64,000 nt of DNA from an uncultured Acidobacteriota bacterium (GCA_963713825.1 CAVQNG010000025.1:416001-480000), one strand, 5' to 3'. Positions 1-10,211 are shown, counted from the first letter of the stretch. Notes: a model not told the origin generated them from the sequence alone. Program-made: numbers and translations.

Positions 1-246
1 GTCCGAGGCGTGCGTCAGGAGAATGTCATGCACCTCTTCAGGGGAAAGGTGGCCATCCTGTTGCAGGCGGAGGGCCAGGTACTCAGCGATCGTTATCAAA
101 TCCCAATTCAGCAACTCCGTGGCTTCGTCCTGGCTGATGGCGCTGTCGCGCACAGCCAGTTGCAGGAGGGCGTCTGCCACCGCATCGATCGATGGCGGGG
201 GACAGTGCCTGAGCTCAGCTACGACGAGTTCTTTGGGTTGTTCCAT
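1..246 (-). CDS. Hypothetical protein, 3' end runs off the window (MEQPKELVVAELRHCPPPSIDAVADALL...)
   Basis: Read manually on the minus strand, not in the ORF track: ATG at 246 with GAGG upstream, 5 nt after the stop of the 252-464 ORF, open to the window edge with protein-like composition. Confidence 0.6.
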   Translation of the reverse strand, partial: MEQPKELVVAELRHCPPPSIDAVADALLQLAVRDSAISQDEATELLNWDLITIAEYLALRLQQDGHLSPEEVHDILLTHASD

Positions 247-251
247 GACCT

Positions 252-464
252 TTACCTCAAGCTCGGACGTGGGCTTTGCTGTCGAGGTTCGGCTGTCGAA
301 TCTTCGGTCTTCTCCTTGGCGCTCGGCTGGTATCGACGGACCCAATACCGGTAATACTCCCCGGAGGCGGTAAGGTTCTCGCAAACCTGTGCGCACCGCT
401 CGCAGAGAAACTTGTCGGTCAGGGACCCGCAGTCCGGGCAACGGTGTGGAGAGTTCCGAATCAT
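252..464 (-). CDS. Small CxxC...CxxC zinc-ribbon-like protein
   Basis: CPDC...CERC pairs; GGAG upstream of the ATG; downstream of a sigma54-type promoter. Confidence 0.6.
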   Translation of the reverse strand: MIRNSPHRCPDCGSLTDKFLCERCAQVCENLTASGEYYRYWVRRYQPSAKEKTEDSTAEPRQQSPRPSLR

Positions 465-520
465 CGAGTGCTTGCTCCAACTCTCATTGTGGCGTTTCTC
501 TCAGTTCACTCGACGTATAC

Positions 521-536
521 AGCAGGAAGCGTGCCA
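521..536 (-). promoter_or_regulatory. Sigma54 (-24/-12) promoter
   Basis: Minus strand TGGCACGCTTCCTGCT = GG-N10-GC with a TGGCACG -24 element, in an AT-richer intergenic region pointing at the 464 ORF. Confidence 0.65.
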
Positions 537-690
537 AGGGTAAAGCTCCTTGAAAACACCTATTTCTATACAGTTATGAATCGGCGACCTGTCAATTAAT
601 GGCAACGAAGTGACAGGCGATGATGGATGGATTCAAAATTTTGGAACAAAGAATCGACTGGCACCTTGCCGAAATGCTGGAGGAAGACGA

Positions 691-1437
691 ATGATTCAAC
701 GAGAAACCGCCGGAAATGTGGAGGTGCTGCGGTTGCACCACGGCAAGGTGAATGCTCTGGATACAGAGCTGCTACAAGCCCTCGACGATCATCTTGTGGC
801 TCTGGAAGAGGAGCCCTGGCGAGCTGTTGTCATGACAGGAGAGGGCCGGGCCTTTTCAGCCGGGCTCGACTTGCCGAGAGTTGTCGAAGGTGGTGCCGAG
901 TACGTTACGTCGTTGCTGGAGGTGCTCACTCGACTTCTGCTGAGACTCATCCGTTTTCCGCGGCCAACAGTGGCTGCCATCAATGGGCATGCCATCGCTG
1001 GCGGGTGCATTCTGCCCTGCGCCTGTGACTCTCGCCTCATGGCCGCCGGCAGCGGGCGCATCGGAGTGACCGAGCTGCTGGTCGGGGTACCGTTTCCGAC
1101 TGCCGTTCTGGAACCGTTTCGCGAGGTGGTGGACCCCCGCTATCTGCGACGCCTGGTCTACGAGTCGTCACTGCTCTCGGCTGAAGAGGCTCTCGATGCC
1201 GGCCTCGTGAATGAAGTGCTACCACCCGAGGATCTGATCCCTCGATCTCTGGAGCTGGGGGAAACGTTGGCCCGCATTCGACCGCCGGTCTTCGCGATGA
1301 CGAAGCGTCAGCTGACAACTCCCCTGCTCGAACGGATCGAGCGATTGACCGCACTGCACGAGTCCGCCGCCGAGGATCTCTGGTTCGGCGAAGAGGCTCT
1401 CGACACCATCCGCCGATTCGTCGAGAAGACTCTCTAA
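691..1437 (+). CDS. Enoyl-CoA hydratase/isomerase (crotonase) family protein
   Basis: AFSAGLDL and AAINGHAIAGG motifs; GGAGG SD before ATG at 691. Confidence 0.9.
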   Translation: MIQRETAGNVEVLRLHHGKVNALDTELLQALDDHLVALEEEPWRAVVMTGEGRAFSAGLDLPRVVEGGAEYVTSLLEVLTRLLLRLIRFPRPTVAAINGHAIAGGCILPCACDSRLMAAGSGRIGVTELLVGVPFPTAVLEPFREVVDPRYLRRLVYESSLLSAEEALDAGLVNEVLPPEDLIPRSLELGETLARIRPPVFAMTKRQLTTPLLERIERLTALHESAAEDLWFGEEALDTIRRFVEKTL

Positions 1438-4400
1438 CGAATCGAGTCGGGAGAGACGACCCGGGTCAGCCAGCTCTCCACATACTCACGGTGCAGCGGC
1501 GTGTCGGGGAAGCTCTCCTCGGCCCCATAGGGGTAGGTGCTCATGGCCCTGAACGGCAGCGGCTCCACCTGTTCGCCCGCGCCCGTGTTGCGATCGGCGT
1601 CTTTGTCCCAGCCGTGGCTCTCGAGGAACAGGGTGCGTCGCCATCCGGGCTGCACCGCAGGCAGGTCGGAGGCGTCGAACACCAGGGACATCTCGTCTCC
1701 GGGAGCCATGATCACCGAGCGATCGTCGGAGTCCTGAAGCAGCTCCTGGACATCGCCGTAACGGGTGTAGTTGCCGGGGAACGCCAGCCAGGGCGACTCG
1801 GTGCTCACCCGCTCGTAGTCGAACAGATGAGGGCCGTTCGGCGCCTGTCGGAACATCTCAGAGAAGCCGCGATAGTGCAGATCGGCTGTGGTTGGAGCCA
1901 ATCGAGCCTGGACAACCGGCTCGTGATCCGCGATGGCCGTCGACCAGGCGATTCGGTCCCACGACAGCCATTGAGTACCGACGATGCGAAGACGTTTCGC
2001 TCCCTCTGGCAGCGGAGGAGTGTCGACGACCATGGTTTTGGATTTGCCTGCCGGGAAGCCCATCGATGGCATCAGGACCTGCCAGCCGTCTTCAGTCTCG
2101 ACTTCCAGACGCGGCGGCCAGGTCGCGAGATCCGGGCGTTGGGCGACAGCCAGATTCAGACTCGCATCGGAGGGGAAGATCCAACCATCCAGATGCAGAC
2201 GGATCGCGGTCGAAGGTGCTTCGCCCAGATCGAGAGTGAATTGCCAGGGCTCTGCCGCTACCCCTTGATAGACGCTCTTCACCCAGCCATCCGCGAAGAC
2301 TCCGTCCCGGGTGGCGACTCGGTTCGTCACCTCGACTCCGCTGGCGTCCCAGGCCCGGGCAACCTGCCTGAGATCCCGGGTGGCGAGAACGACCTCGGGC
2401 AGAGCGTGGCCCGGGATGATGCGCAGATTACTGGCCACCTCGAGGTCCTCGGGATGATCGACAACCCAGGCCCGGACGTAGTCGAAGAAAGCCGCTTCCC
2501 ACAGCTCTTCAGTGACCATGAGGCGGTAGGCCCCATCGATGGTCACCGCGCCGTCCACTCGAACCAACTCTTCGGGGTCGGAGCTCGCCCACACGCCAGG
2601 AGCTACCGGTAGCCCGGCGGGTGCGCCCCACAGTAGATCGGTGACGAACCGGACGCGCTCGCCGTCCCACGCATAGAGGAACGGACAGCTGCCTTTGAGC
2701 AGCTGTTCTTCGACGATCCACTGGTTGGCAGGTGGCTGCAGCCGATTCTGTGGCACACCGTTAGTCCAGACGGCGCGCAGGATCTCCACCGTCGGCTGTT
2801 GGCCGAGGCCGAAATGGGTGACGTCGGAGGTCACTTCCTGGTACTGGTAGGCCCGACCGTGGATGACCTCGAGGCTGGCGCCAAAGCCGAAGATGTTGTT
2901 CTTGCTGTTGCCCTTGTCGAGACCGCGCAGCCGCACCATCATGCATTGGTTGTTGCTGCCACCCCGGTTCTCGAGCCGGGTCAGACCCTCGGGACCTCCA
3001 ATCAGAAGGTCCAGATCACAATCCTGATCGAGATCGACCGCCACCAGGGAGGAGGCAGCACTCGGAGTCCCTTCAGCCGAGAGTCTCTCGAAGGTGGGGC
3101 CGGGTCGCTGAGCCGCGATGGCGACGCCGGAAGGGCCGGCCATAGCCAGATCCATCCGGCCATCATTGTCGGCGTCGAAGACCGCAATCGAGCTCCAGTT
3201 CCCTTCTGTTTCAAGTTTCGAGCCGAGGTCCCAGGGTTCGAACCGTCCTCCTTTGTTGTGGAAGACCTGCAGCTGGGCACCACCTGTCACCAGGTCGGTG
3301 AGACCGTCGTTGTCCAGGTCCGAGCTGACGACGATCGTCGCCGCCTTGCCGCCGGCCAGGCCACCTGCAGCCGTGCGATCGACGAACTGGCCCTGGCGAA
3401 GGTTGTCCAGCCAGGTCAAACCGTCGTCATGGGCCAGGATCAGGTCCACGTCCCCGTCCCGATCCAGGTCACTGGCCCTCACATCGTTGATGTTCTCCGG
3501 TCCTCCAGTGGGCAGGCTCTTGCTACCCACTGCCTCCAAGGGTCCGCGAAGAGCGTTTCTGTAGAGCTCGCCACTGGCGCTCTTGCCTCCGAAGAGGGCC
3601 AGGTCCAGGTCGCCTTCGATATCGAAGTCCAGGACCGTACCGGCTGTGGCACCGCTTGCCTGCAACCCGAAATTCTCGGTAGCTGGTGCGAAGCTCCCTT
3701 CAGGCTGGCCCTTGAAGACGTGCACGACCTCGGCGCCAAGGGCAATGAGATCGAGGTGACCGTCGTTGTCGAGATCGGCGACCAGCAGTCGCTGCGCTCC
3801 CGGTGCGGGCAGCCTCGACGCAGCCTGAGCCGGGTCCGCGGCAAGCCAGACTTCTAGAGTGGTGTTGCCCTCCGGGGTGAGAAAGACCCAGTCGCTCTTC
3901 TGGTCGTCATCGAAATCGCCACTCGCCAGGGCTGTCCCGCCTACTGGTGCGGCCGATGCCGCCTGGCCGTGGAAGGTCACCTTCGCGGGCTCGCCCATGC
4001 TCGTGAGAGGAGGCTCGCCTTGAAAGTAGAGGAGCGGCCACCCCTGGATGCCCGGTGCCACCTCGCGGAGGCCTTCTTTGTACATGGCGGTGATCTTCAA
4101 CACGTTCTCGAGCCGCAGAGCGGGCACCCTCGCGGCCTCGAAGTCGTCCGCCTCGAGCGCGGCGAGGATCTGGTCGATCAGAGTCATGGCTGCGGCCGGC
4201 GCCTGCCAGGCCGTCTCCTGAATTCGTAGGAAGATCTTGCTGGCGCCCGCCCGATCACCCGAGGCCAGGGCCCGCTGGCCCGCCTGGAGAAGGAGGACGG
4301 GATTCTCGGGTCGAAGCCGAATGAGGCCTTCCAGGGCCTGAGCGGCCGCGGCCTCAGCGCCTTCACCGGCGTAGGTCGTGGCCTGCCGGTAGAGGGCATA

Positions 4401-4793
4401 TTGAACCGCCACGTTGTTCGGTGCAGCCTGGGCGGCCTTCTGGTACTCGGGCAGCGCCTGGTCCGGTTTGCCTCCCCACTGCAGGATCTCTCCTCGGATG
4501 GTCAGGATGTCCGGATTGCCGGGCGACTTGGCCAAGGCCTCGTCGACTCGGGTCAGTGCCTCGTCGAACTTCTGCTGTCTCATCAATGCGATGGAGAGGT
4601 TGGCGTAACCCAGCGGGTCGTCGGGCAGAATCTGGATCAGCTCCCGAAAGGCCTCTTCGGCCAGGGCAGGCTGCTCGTTCTCCAGCTGGGCATTGCCCAC
4701 ATTGCGGAGCTCTACCGCCTGGTCGGGCACGGATGCTTGAATGGGCAGTGCGACTGCGAGGACGACGACAAGGACAAGCGTCGAGGGTTTCAT
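1434..4793 (-). CDS. Secreted TPR + FG-GAP/VCBS repeat + ASPIC/UnbV-type protein
   Basis: Signal peptide, N-terminal TPRs, repeated DxDxDGxxDL motifs, HFGLG/W.NG ASPIC-like segment, KGSCPFLYAWDG and GWDKDAD C-terminal region. Confidence 0.85.
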   Translation of the reverse strand: MKPSTLVLVVVLAVALPIQASVPDQAVELRNVGNAQLENEQPALAEEAFRELIQILPDDPLGYANLSIALMRQQKFDEALTRVDEALAKSPGNPDILTIRGEILQWGGKPDQALPEYQKAAQAAPNNVAVQYALYRQATTYAGEGAEAAAAQALEGLIRLRPENPVLLLQAGQRALASGDRAGASKIFLRIQETAWQAPAAAMTLIDQILAALEADDFEAARVPALRLENVLKITAMYKEGLREVAPGIQGWPLLYFQGEPPLTSMGEPAKVTFHGQAASAAPVGGTALASGDFDDDQKSDWVFLTPEGNTTLEVWLAADPAQAASRLPAPGAQRLLVADLDNDGHLDLIALGAEVVHVFKGQPEGSFAPATENFGLQASGATAGTVLDFDIEGDLDLALFGGKSASGELYRNALRGPLEAVGSKSLPTGGPENINDVRASDLDRDGDVDLILAHDDGLTWLDNLRQGQFVDRTAAGGLAGGKAATIVVSSDLDNDGLTDLVTGGAQLQVFHNKGGRFEPWDLGSKLETEGNWSSIAVFDADNDGRMDLAMAGPSGVAIAAQRPGPTFERLSAEGTPSAASSLVAVDLDQDCDLDLLIGGPEGLTRLENRGGSNNQCMMVRLRGLDKGNSKNNIFGFGASLEVIHGRAYQYQEVTSDVTHFGLGQQPTVEILRAVWTNGVPQNRLQPPANQWIVEEQLLKGSCPFLYAWDGERVRFVTDLLWGAPAGLPVAPGVWASSDPEELVRVDGAVTIDGAYRLMVTEELWEAAFFDYVRAWVVDHPEDLEVASNLRIIPGHALPEVVLATRDLRQVARAWDASGVEVTNRVATRDGVFADGWVKSVYQGVAAEPWQFTLDLGEAPSTAIRLHLDGWIFPSDASLNLAVAQRPDLATWPPRLEVETEDGWQVLMPSMGFPAGKSKTMVVDTPPLPEGAKRLRIVGTQWLSWDRIAWSTAIADHEPVVQARLAPTTADLHYRGFSEMFRQAPNGPHLFDYERVSTESPWLAFPGNYTRYGDVQELLQDSDDRSVIMAPGDEMSLVFDASDLPAVQPGWRRTLFLESHGWDKDADRNTGAGEQVEPLPFRAMSTYPYGAEESFPDTPLHREYVESWLTRVVSPDSIR

Positions 4794-4809
4794 GGTGACA
4801 ACATTCTAC

Positions 4810-4834
4810 GCCAGCCTCCATGGTGGAGGCTGGC
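4810..4834. repeat. Perfect 11-bp inverted repeat in a divergent intergenic region
   Basis: GCCAGCCTCCA-TGG-TGGAGGCTGGC; no U-tract. Confidence 0.6.
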
Positions 4835-4840
4835 TGGATG

Positions 4841-4974
4841 GGGCTTGAGGTTGATACGTCCGAGCTTTGCCCGGCCGATCTTTGAGGTCTTGAGGGTGGA
4901 TCAGCCCGCGTACAGTGGCTGATCTTTGACGGTTGAAGCGGCCGGCAGGCACGACCAGGCGCCTCAACCCTAAG
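4841..4974. repeat. Dispersed ~46-bp intergenic repeat family (two degenerate direct units plus one inverted unit)
   Basis: CCCGGCCGATCTTTGAGG at 4870 is identical to 39970; the reverse complement of 4939-4974 (CTTAGGGTTGAGGCGCCTGGTCG...CCGGCCG) matches the units at 39948-40050. Confidence 0.6.
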
Positions 4975-5049
4975 GGTCGGTAGGACGGTGGATGTAGAGG
5001 CAGGACTTGCCGCCGTCGAGGTCCTTCTGGATGGTAACCTCCCTTCACC

Positions 5050-5562
5050 ATGGATACGGTAGACGAGCATCGCGAAGCGGCGCCGAAGGTTCTGCGTTTT
5101 TCGGTCATCACGGTCAGTGACAGCCGCACGTTGGAGACAGACATCAGCGGCCAGAGCATCTGTGAATTGGCCATCGCCGCCGGGCATCAGATCCATGGGC
5201 ACGAGATCGTCTCGGATGACAGGTTGGAGATTCGTACTCAACTCCAAGCGGTTCTGGCCGACGAGGGAGTCGATGTTCTGGTGTTAAATGGGGGTACCGG
5301 TTTCTCGCCACGGGACGTGACCAGCGAGGTCGTCGAGCCGCTCCTGGACACGACTCTTTACGGATTCGGTGAGCTCTTTCGGATGCTCTCGTGGCGGCAG
5401 GTAGGAGCGGCGGCCATGCTGAGCCGTGCGGTCGCCGGTCTCATTGGCAAGAGAGCGGTTTTCGTTTTGCCTGGCTCGCCCAAAGCCGTCGAGCTAGCCA
5501 TGGAACAGCTCATCCTGCCCGAAGCGGCTCACCTTCTGAGCCAAGTCGAGAGATCGGATTGA
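5050..5562 (+). CDS. moaB: Molybdenum cofactor biosynthesis protein MoaB/MogA
   Basis: ITVSDSR, GGTGFSPRDVT, GFGELFR, AMLSRA and LPGSPKAV motifs. Confidence 0.9.
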   Translation: MDTVDEHREAAPKVLRFSVITVSDSRTLETDISGQSICELAIAAGHQIHGHEIVSDDRLEIRTQLQAVLADEGVDVLVLNGGTGFSPRDVTSEVVEPLLDTTLYGFGELFRMLSWRQVGAAAMLSRAVAGLIGKRAVFVLPGSPKAVELAMEQLILPEAAHLLSQVERSD

Positions 5563-5570
5563 CCGCCCTC

Positions 5571-8195
5571 ATGCCCGAAGCTCGCCCACGCCTCTACCTC
5601 ATCGATGGCTACTCGAATATCTTTCGGGCCTTCTATGCCATTCGGCACCTCTCCAACTCGAAGGGGGAGCCGACCAACGCCGTCTACGGCTTTGTGCAGA
5701 TGCTGCGCAAGCTGCTGCGCGACGAGCAGCCCGATCTGATCGGTGTGGCGCTGGATGTCTCGCGCCGGACCGTGCGGACCGAGAAGTTCGAGGACTACAA
5801 GGCCAACCGGGCGCCGATGCCCGAGGAGTTGCGAGGCCAGATCCCACAGATTCGCAAGGCCCTCGAGGCGCACCGGATCCCGATCCTCGAGATGGAGAAC
5901 TACGAAGCCGACGACGTGCTGGGCAGCCTGGCAGGCAAAGCCGCGGAGGAGGGCTACGACGTCATCTTGGTGAGTGCCGACAAGGACTTGATGCAGCTCG
6001 TCGACGACCACGTCTTCTTGATGCATACCGGTCGGAACAAGCTCTACGACCCTGCGGGTGTCGAGGAGGACTTCGGTGTGCCACCGGGCCAGGTGGTCGA
6101 GGTCCTGGCTCTCAAAGGGGACTCCGTGGACAACGTCCCCGGCGTACCTGGAATCGGCGAGAAGGGCGCGATCCAGCTGGTCCGAGAGTATGGGACGGTC
6201 GAGAACCTTCTCGAACGAGCCGAGGAGATCAAACGCAAAAGCTATAGGGAAGGGCTGCAGGACAACCACGAGCTGGCTCTGCTCTCGAAGGAGCTGGTGA
6301 CCATCCACACCGATTTAGCGCTCGATTTCGAACCGGAACGACTGCAGCATGAAGAGCCTGACACGGCAGCTCTCAAGGAACTGTTTCGGGAGCTGGAGTT
6401 CTTTTCGCTGGTCGACGAGCTGGAGGTCGGCGGGCCGGCAGAGGACATTCCCGCCGCAACAGCGATTGTCTCAGCCGAGCAATGGAGTCAACACGTCGGT
6501 GGTTGGGTCGGTGAGATCTCGCTGGCGGCTGTCGGCGATCCACCGGTGGGCCTGGCCGCGTCGGCCGAGGAGTCGGAGCCAGTCTTCGCGGACTTCACTC
6601 AGCCGGGAGTCCGTGAGGCAGTGCTCGAGTCTCTGGAAGGTTGGGTCGAGGACGAAGGCCGGCGACTCGTGGGGCACGATCTCAAGGAGGTCCTGCGTCT
6701 TGGCGGCCCTGGCGCGACTGTGAATGCCACCCTCCTCGACACGATGTTGATCTCCTACGTGCTGCGCCCCGCCTCGCGGGCACATGCCCTGGAAGAAGTG
6801 GCTCTCGAGCGCCTCAACCAGAAGATCTCCAGTGCCAAGGAGGTCGGACTGACGGGAGGTTCGCTTCAGTTGGACGATACCGCTCTCCTGGCCTATGCCG
6901 GAGAACAGGTGGTCGTGCCGCAGCGATTGCTGCCCGGGTTGATGAAAGAGCTCGGCGACGGAGATCTCTCCCGCGTCTATCGGGAGATCGACGCTCCCCT
7001 GATCCCTGTCCTGATGAGGATGGAAGAAAACGGAATTCTGTTGGACCGCGACTTTCTCGAGGCGATGTCCAGCCAACTCGGTGGGGAGCTGGACGAGTTG
7101 CGCACAGAGATCTTCAAGGTGGCGGGGGAGGAGTTCAACATCAACTCGCCGCAGCAGCTCGGCGTCATCCTCTTCGAGAAGCTGCAATATCCGGTGATCA
7201 AGAAGACCCGCAAGACCAAGAGCTACGCTACCGGTGCAGACATCCTCCAGCAGCTCGCCCTGCAGGGCTACCCGCTGCCCGAGCTCATCTTGCGCTATCG
7301 GGAGCTCAGCAAGCTCAAGTCCACCTATGTGGATGCCCTTCCGGCCCTTGTCGCTGAAGATGGTCGCGTCCACACGCGCTATGAGCAGGCGGTGGCGGCC
7401 ACGGGTCGACTCTCTTCGGTCAATCCGAACCTGCAGAACATTCCGGTGCGAACCGAGCTGGGCCAGCGTATCCGCAAGGCCTTCGTGGCTTCCGAAGATC
7501 ATCTTCTCTTGGTGGCGGACTACAACCAGATCGAGCTGCGGGTGTTGGCGCATATCGCCGCAGATACGGCACTCATCGAGGCCTTCGCATCGGGCGAGGA
7601 TATTCATCGCGCTACGGCGGCGGCGGTCTTCGGCGTGGCGCCGGAGCTGGTGATGGTCGAGCAGCGACGTGCCGCCAAGACGATCAACTTCGGAATCATC
7701 TACGGCATCAGCGCTTTCGGGCTGGGACGGAACCTGGGGATCCATCCCTCCGAAGCCGACCTCTTCATTCAGGCCTACTTCGAGCGTTATCCGGGTGTGA
7801 GGACCTACATGGACGAGACGCTAGCTAGCGCGGGAGAGTCCGGCAAGGTGGAGACCCTCTATGGCCGGGCTCGTTGGCTGCCGGAGATCCAGGCGACGAA
7901 TCGCAACCGGCGCGAGAACGCTCAGCGCATGGCGATCAACGCCCGCATCCAGGGAACGGCGGCCGATCTGCTGAAGATGGCCATGATCACCCTGGACGAT
8001 GAGCTGCGACGCCAGTACCCGACTTCGAGACTTCTCCTGACGGTGCACGACGAACTGGTTCTGGAAGTGCCGACCGGTGACCTGGACTCGGTAGCCGAGC
8101 TGGTCCGTGAGACCATGGAAGGCGTGGAACAGCTGAAGGTACCCCTGGTCGTGGATGTAGGGAGTGGCCCCACCTGGTTCGACGCCAAAGCCTAG
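5571..8195 (+). CDS. polA: DNA polymerase I
   Basis: 5'-nuclease LIDGYS/YEADD/GDSVDN, ATGRLSS.NPNLQNIP, motif A DYNQIELR, AKTINFG, VHDEL. Confidence 0.98.
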   Translation: MPEARPRLYLIDGYSNIFRAFYAIRHLSNSKGEPTNAVYGFVQMLRKLLRDEQPDLIGVALDVSRRTVRTEKFEDYKANRAPMPEELRGQIPQIRKALEAHRIPILEMENYEADDVLGSLAGKAAEEGYDVILVSADKDLMQLVDDHVFLMHTGRNKLYDPAGVEEDFGVPPGQVVEVLALKGDSVDNVPGVPGIGEKGAIQLVREYGTVENLLERAEEIKRKSYREGLQDNHELALLSKELVTIHTDLALDFEPERLQHEEPDTAALKELFRELEFFSLVDELEVGGPAEDIPAATAIVSAEQWSQHVGGWVGEISLAAVGDPPVGLAASAEESEPVFADFTQPGVREAVLESLEGWVEDEGRRLVGHDLKEVLRLGGPGATVNATLLDTMLISYVLRPASRAHALEEVALERLNQKISSAKEVGLTGGSLQLDDTALLAYAGEQVVVPQRLLPGLMKELGDGDLSRVYREIDAPLIPVLMRMEENGILLDRDFLEAMSSQLGGELDELRTEIFKVAGEEFNINSPQQLGVILFEKLQYPVIKKTRKTKSYATGADILQQLALQGYPLPELILRYRELSKLKSTYVDALPALVAEDGRVHTRYEQAVAATGRLSSVNPNLQNIPVRTELGQRIRKAFVASEDHLLLVADYNQIELRVLAHIAADTALIEAFASGEDIHRATAAAVFGVAPELVMVEQRRAAKTINFGIIYGISAFGLGRNLGIHPSEADLFIQAYFERYPGVRTYMDETLASAGESGKVETLYGRARWLPEIQATNRNRRENAQRMAINARIQGTAADLLKMAMITLDDELRRQYPTSRLLLTVHDELVLEVPTGDLDSVAELVRETMEGVEQLKVPLVVDVGSGPTWFDAKA

Positions 8196-8250
8196 AATTC
8201 ACCTGAACGGACCTGCCTCTGGGCAGGCCAGAGTCTTCGAGGTGAAGCCG

Positions 8251-9009
8251 ATGGAAGAGGAACGTCTCATCGAGTTGTTGGTCGAGCTCCACGAGGGCCT
8301 GCCGCGGCTCGGACCCGGCAACGACGAGTCCACACTGAGGGCTTTGAGCCTTTGCGAGGACTTGCCCTCCAAACCTGAGATCCTGGATGTGGGTTGCGGC
8401 ACCGGAGCGCAGACCCTCGCGCTGGCCGCGAATAGCGACGGCCACTTGACGGCGGTGGATCTGATTCCTGACTTCCTGGCCCAACTCGACAAGAGCGTCG
8501 TTCGCCAAGGACTCGAGGATCGCGTCGAGATCCGAGCAGCGGACATGAACGAGCTGCCCTTTCCGGAGGCCAGCTTCGATCTCGTTTGGAGTGAGGGCGC
8601 GATCTACATCATGGGCTTCGACAACGGCCTCACCGAGTGGCGACCCCTGGTCAAGCCTGGTGGCTACCTCGTCGTTTCCGAGGTGTCGTGGTTCCGACCG
8701 GACCCGCCGCAGGAGGTGTTGGATTTCTGGCAGGAGAACTATCCTGCCATTCGTACCGTTGATGAGAACCTCGCTGCCGCCAGAGATCGAGGATGGTTGC
8801 CGGTGGGGAGCTTCCACCTGCCCAAGGAAGGTTGGGTCCAGGAGTACTACAGGCAGCTCGAGGAACGCCTCGCCGATTTCCGCCAGGCCAAAGCCGACGA
8901 CCCGGACGCCCAGGGGGTTGCCGACCTGACCGAGCTCGAGATGTCCATGTTCTCTCGCTACTCAGACTTCTACGGCTACGAGTTCTACATCCTGCGCCGC
9001 GCCGACTAG
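8251..9009 (+). CDS. Class I SAM-dependent methyltransferase
   Basis: ILDVGCGTG motif I; FDLVWSEGAIY. Confidence 0.9.
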   Translation: MEEERLIELLVELHEGLPRLGPGNDESTLRALSLCEDLPSKPEILDVGCGTGAQTLALAANSDGHLTAVDLIPDFLAQLDKSVVRQGLEDRVEIRAADMNELPFPEASFDLVWSEGAIYIMGFDNGLTEWRPLVKPGGYLVVSEVSWFRPDPPQEVLDFWQENYPAIRTVDENLAAARDRGWLPVGSFHLPKEGWVQEYYRQLEERLADFRQAKADDPDAQGVADLTELEMSMFSRYSDFYGYEFYILRRAD

Positions 9010-9056
9010 CTGGCGTATGGTGGCGCGCAGGACCGAGAAGGGAAGGCACTCGCACA

Positions 9057-10178
9057 ATGAGGCAGTCAATCTGGATCGCGGTGGTGTCGGTCGCCTTCCT
9101 AGTCCTGTTGTCCACGGACGCACCAGGACAATCCGACAGCGATCCAGCCCGACAGGCCGACGTCGCCAAGCATATGGAGAACGGTCGCGAAGCTCTTCGA
9201 CAAGGCAGGTTCGAGAGGGCGACTCGGGCCTTCGAGCAGGCTGACAGATTGGCGGGCGGTAGCTCGGCGCCGGCGCTCCTCGGAATCGCCGCGGCGCAGC
9301 TTCAGATGGCGCGCTTCGACGAGGCTGCTCAAAGTGCGGAGAAGGCTCTTGCTGTGGCCTCGGGAATCCCGGATCAGGCGACGGCTCACAACCTGGTGGG
9401 GACTGCATTTTGGGGGCTCTACAACACAGCCCCGGAGCAGCAGGAGGCCTCTGTATTGCTCCTCGAGAGGGCCGAATCGGCATTCGGCCAGGCCCTTCAG
9501 CTGTCGGCAGGCAACCTGAGTATCGCCTGGTCCAATCTCGCGCTCGTCTTGGAGAAGGAGGGCCGCTTTGCGGATGCCGAGGCCGTGCTGCAGGAATACC
9601 TCGAGCGCGTCCCAGAAAGCCAGTCCGCGAAGGAGCGGTTGGTTCTGCTGCAGGAACAACAGGAGTTCAAGGAGTTCGATCAGCGGTGGATCGATCTGGT
9701 CGGCGAAGGTCAGTTGACCGAAGCGGTGCGTGTGATCGAGCAGTATCTCAGTCGATCTTCCAACTATCCCAGAGCCCGATCTCGAGTTTGCTGGTTGCGG
9801 GTAGCCGGATTCGAGGTCGATGGGATTCCACGTCATGGGTCCGGTCTTGATGCTGCCGCCGTCGAGACAAGAGCGAAGGCGGCCGACCTACCCATCAAGG
9901 TGGAAGGTGATGTCGAACCGCCCGAGTTCCTCGAGGGTCCCGAGCCAAGCTACACGGACGAGGCCCGGACAGCTCAGGTCTTCGGCAAAGTGGTTCTCGA
10001 AGCGGTCATCGACAAGCAGGGGAGTGTCCATTGCGCTGCGATTGTCGCCGATTTGCCCTTCGGCCTCGGCCAGTCAGCTGTCGCCGCTGTCCAGAAGTGG
10101 CGCTTTGAGCCAGCGACTCGGAACGGTCAGCCCGTGAATGTGAAATACACCTTCACAATCGGCTTCAGCCTGGATTGA
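9057..10178 (+). CDS. Signal peptide + TPR + TonB C-terminal domain protein
   Basis: TPR helices then P.YT.EAR..G.V.L.AVID..G.V...AV.AV.KWRFEPA..NGQPV (TonB_C). Confidence 0.85.
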   Translation: MRQSIWIAVVSVAFLVLLSTDAPGQSDSDPARQADVAKHMENGREALRQGRFERATRAFEQADRLAGGSSAPALLGIAAAQLQMARFDEAAQSAEKALAVASGIPDQATAHNLVGTAFWGLYNTAPEQQEASVLLLERAESAFGQALQLSAGNLSIAWSNLALVLEKEGRFADAEAVLQEYLERVPESQSAKERLVLLQEQQEFKEFDQRWIDLVGEGQLTEAVRVIEQYLSRSSNYPRARSRVCWLRVAGFEVDGIPRHGSGLDAAAVETRAKAADLPIKVEGDVEPPEFLEGPEPSYTDEARTAQVFGKVVLEAVIDKQGSVHCAAIVADLPFGLGQSAVAAVQKWRFEPATRNGQPVNVKYTFTIGFSLD

Positions 10179-10211
10179 TCCGTCGGCAAGTGCGGCGAAT
10201 CGAGCTTCGAG

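Noticed and set aside
10-354. Plus-strand 114-aa ORF at the window start
   Set aside because: It is the antisense shadow of the two minus-strand genes, which have SD sequences and a promoter.
659-670. TGGCACCTTGC as a plus-strand sigma54 promoter
   Set aside because: Spacing is not GG-N10-GC; kept only as a possible activator site.
1491-3857. Long antisense ORFs (373 and 352 aa here, with similar ones opposite polA, selB, uvrA, ppk1 and others)
   Set aside because: Typical stop-poor antisense frames of GC-rich genes; no recognisable motifs.
4835-5049. Moco riboswitch upstream of moaB
   Set aside because: The region is explained by the dispersed repeat, and a -10 box 9 nt before the ATG leaves no leader.
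6450-6950. PolA 3'-5' exonuclease domain appears degenerate
   Set aside because: Common in many bacterial PolA proteins; not novel.
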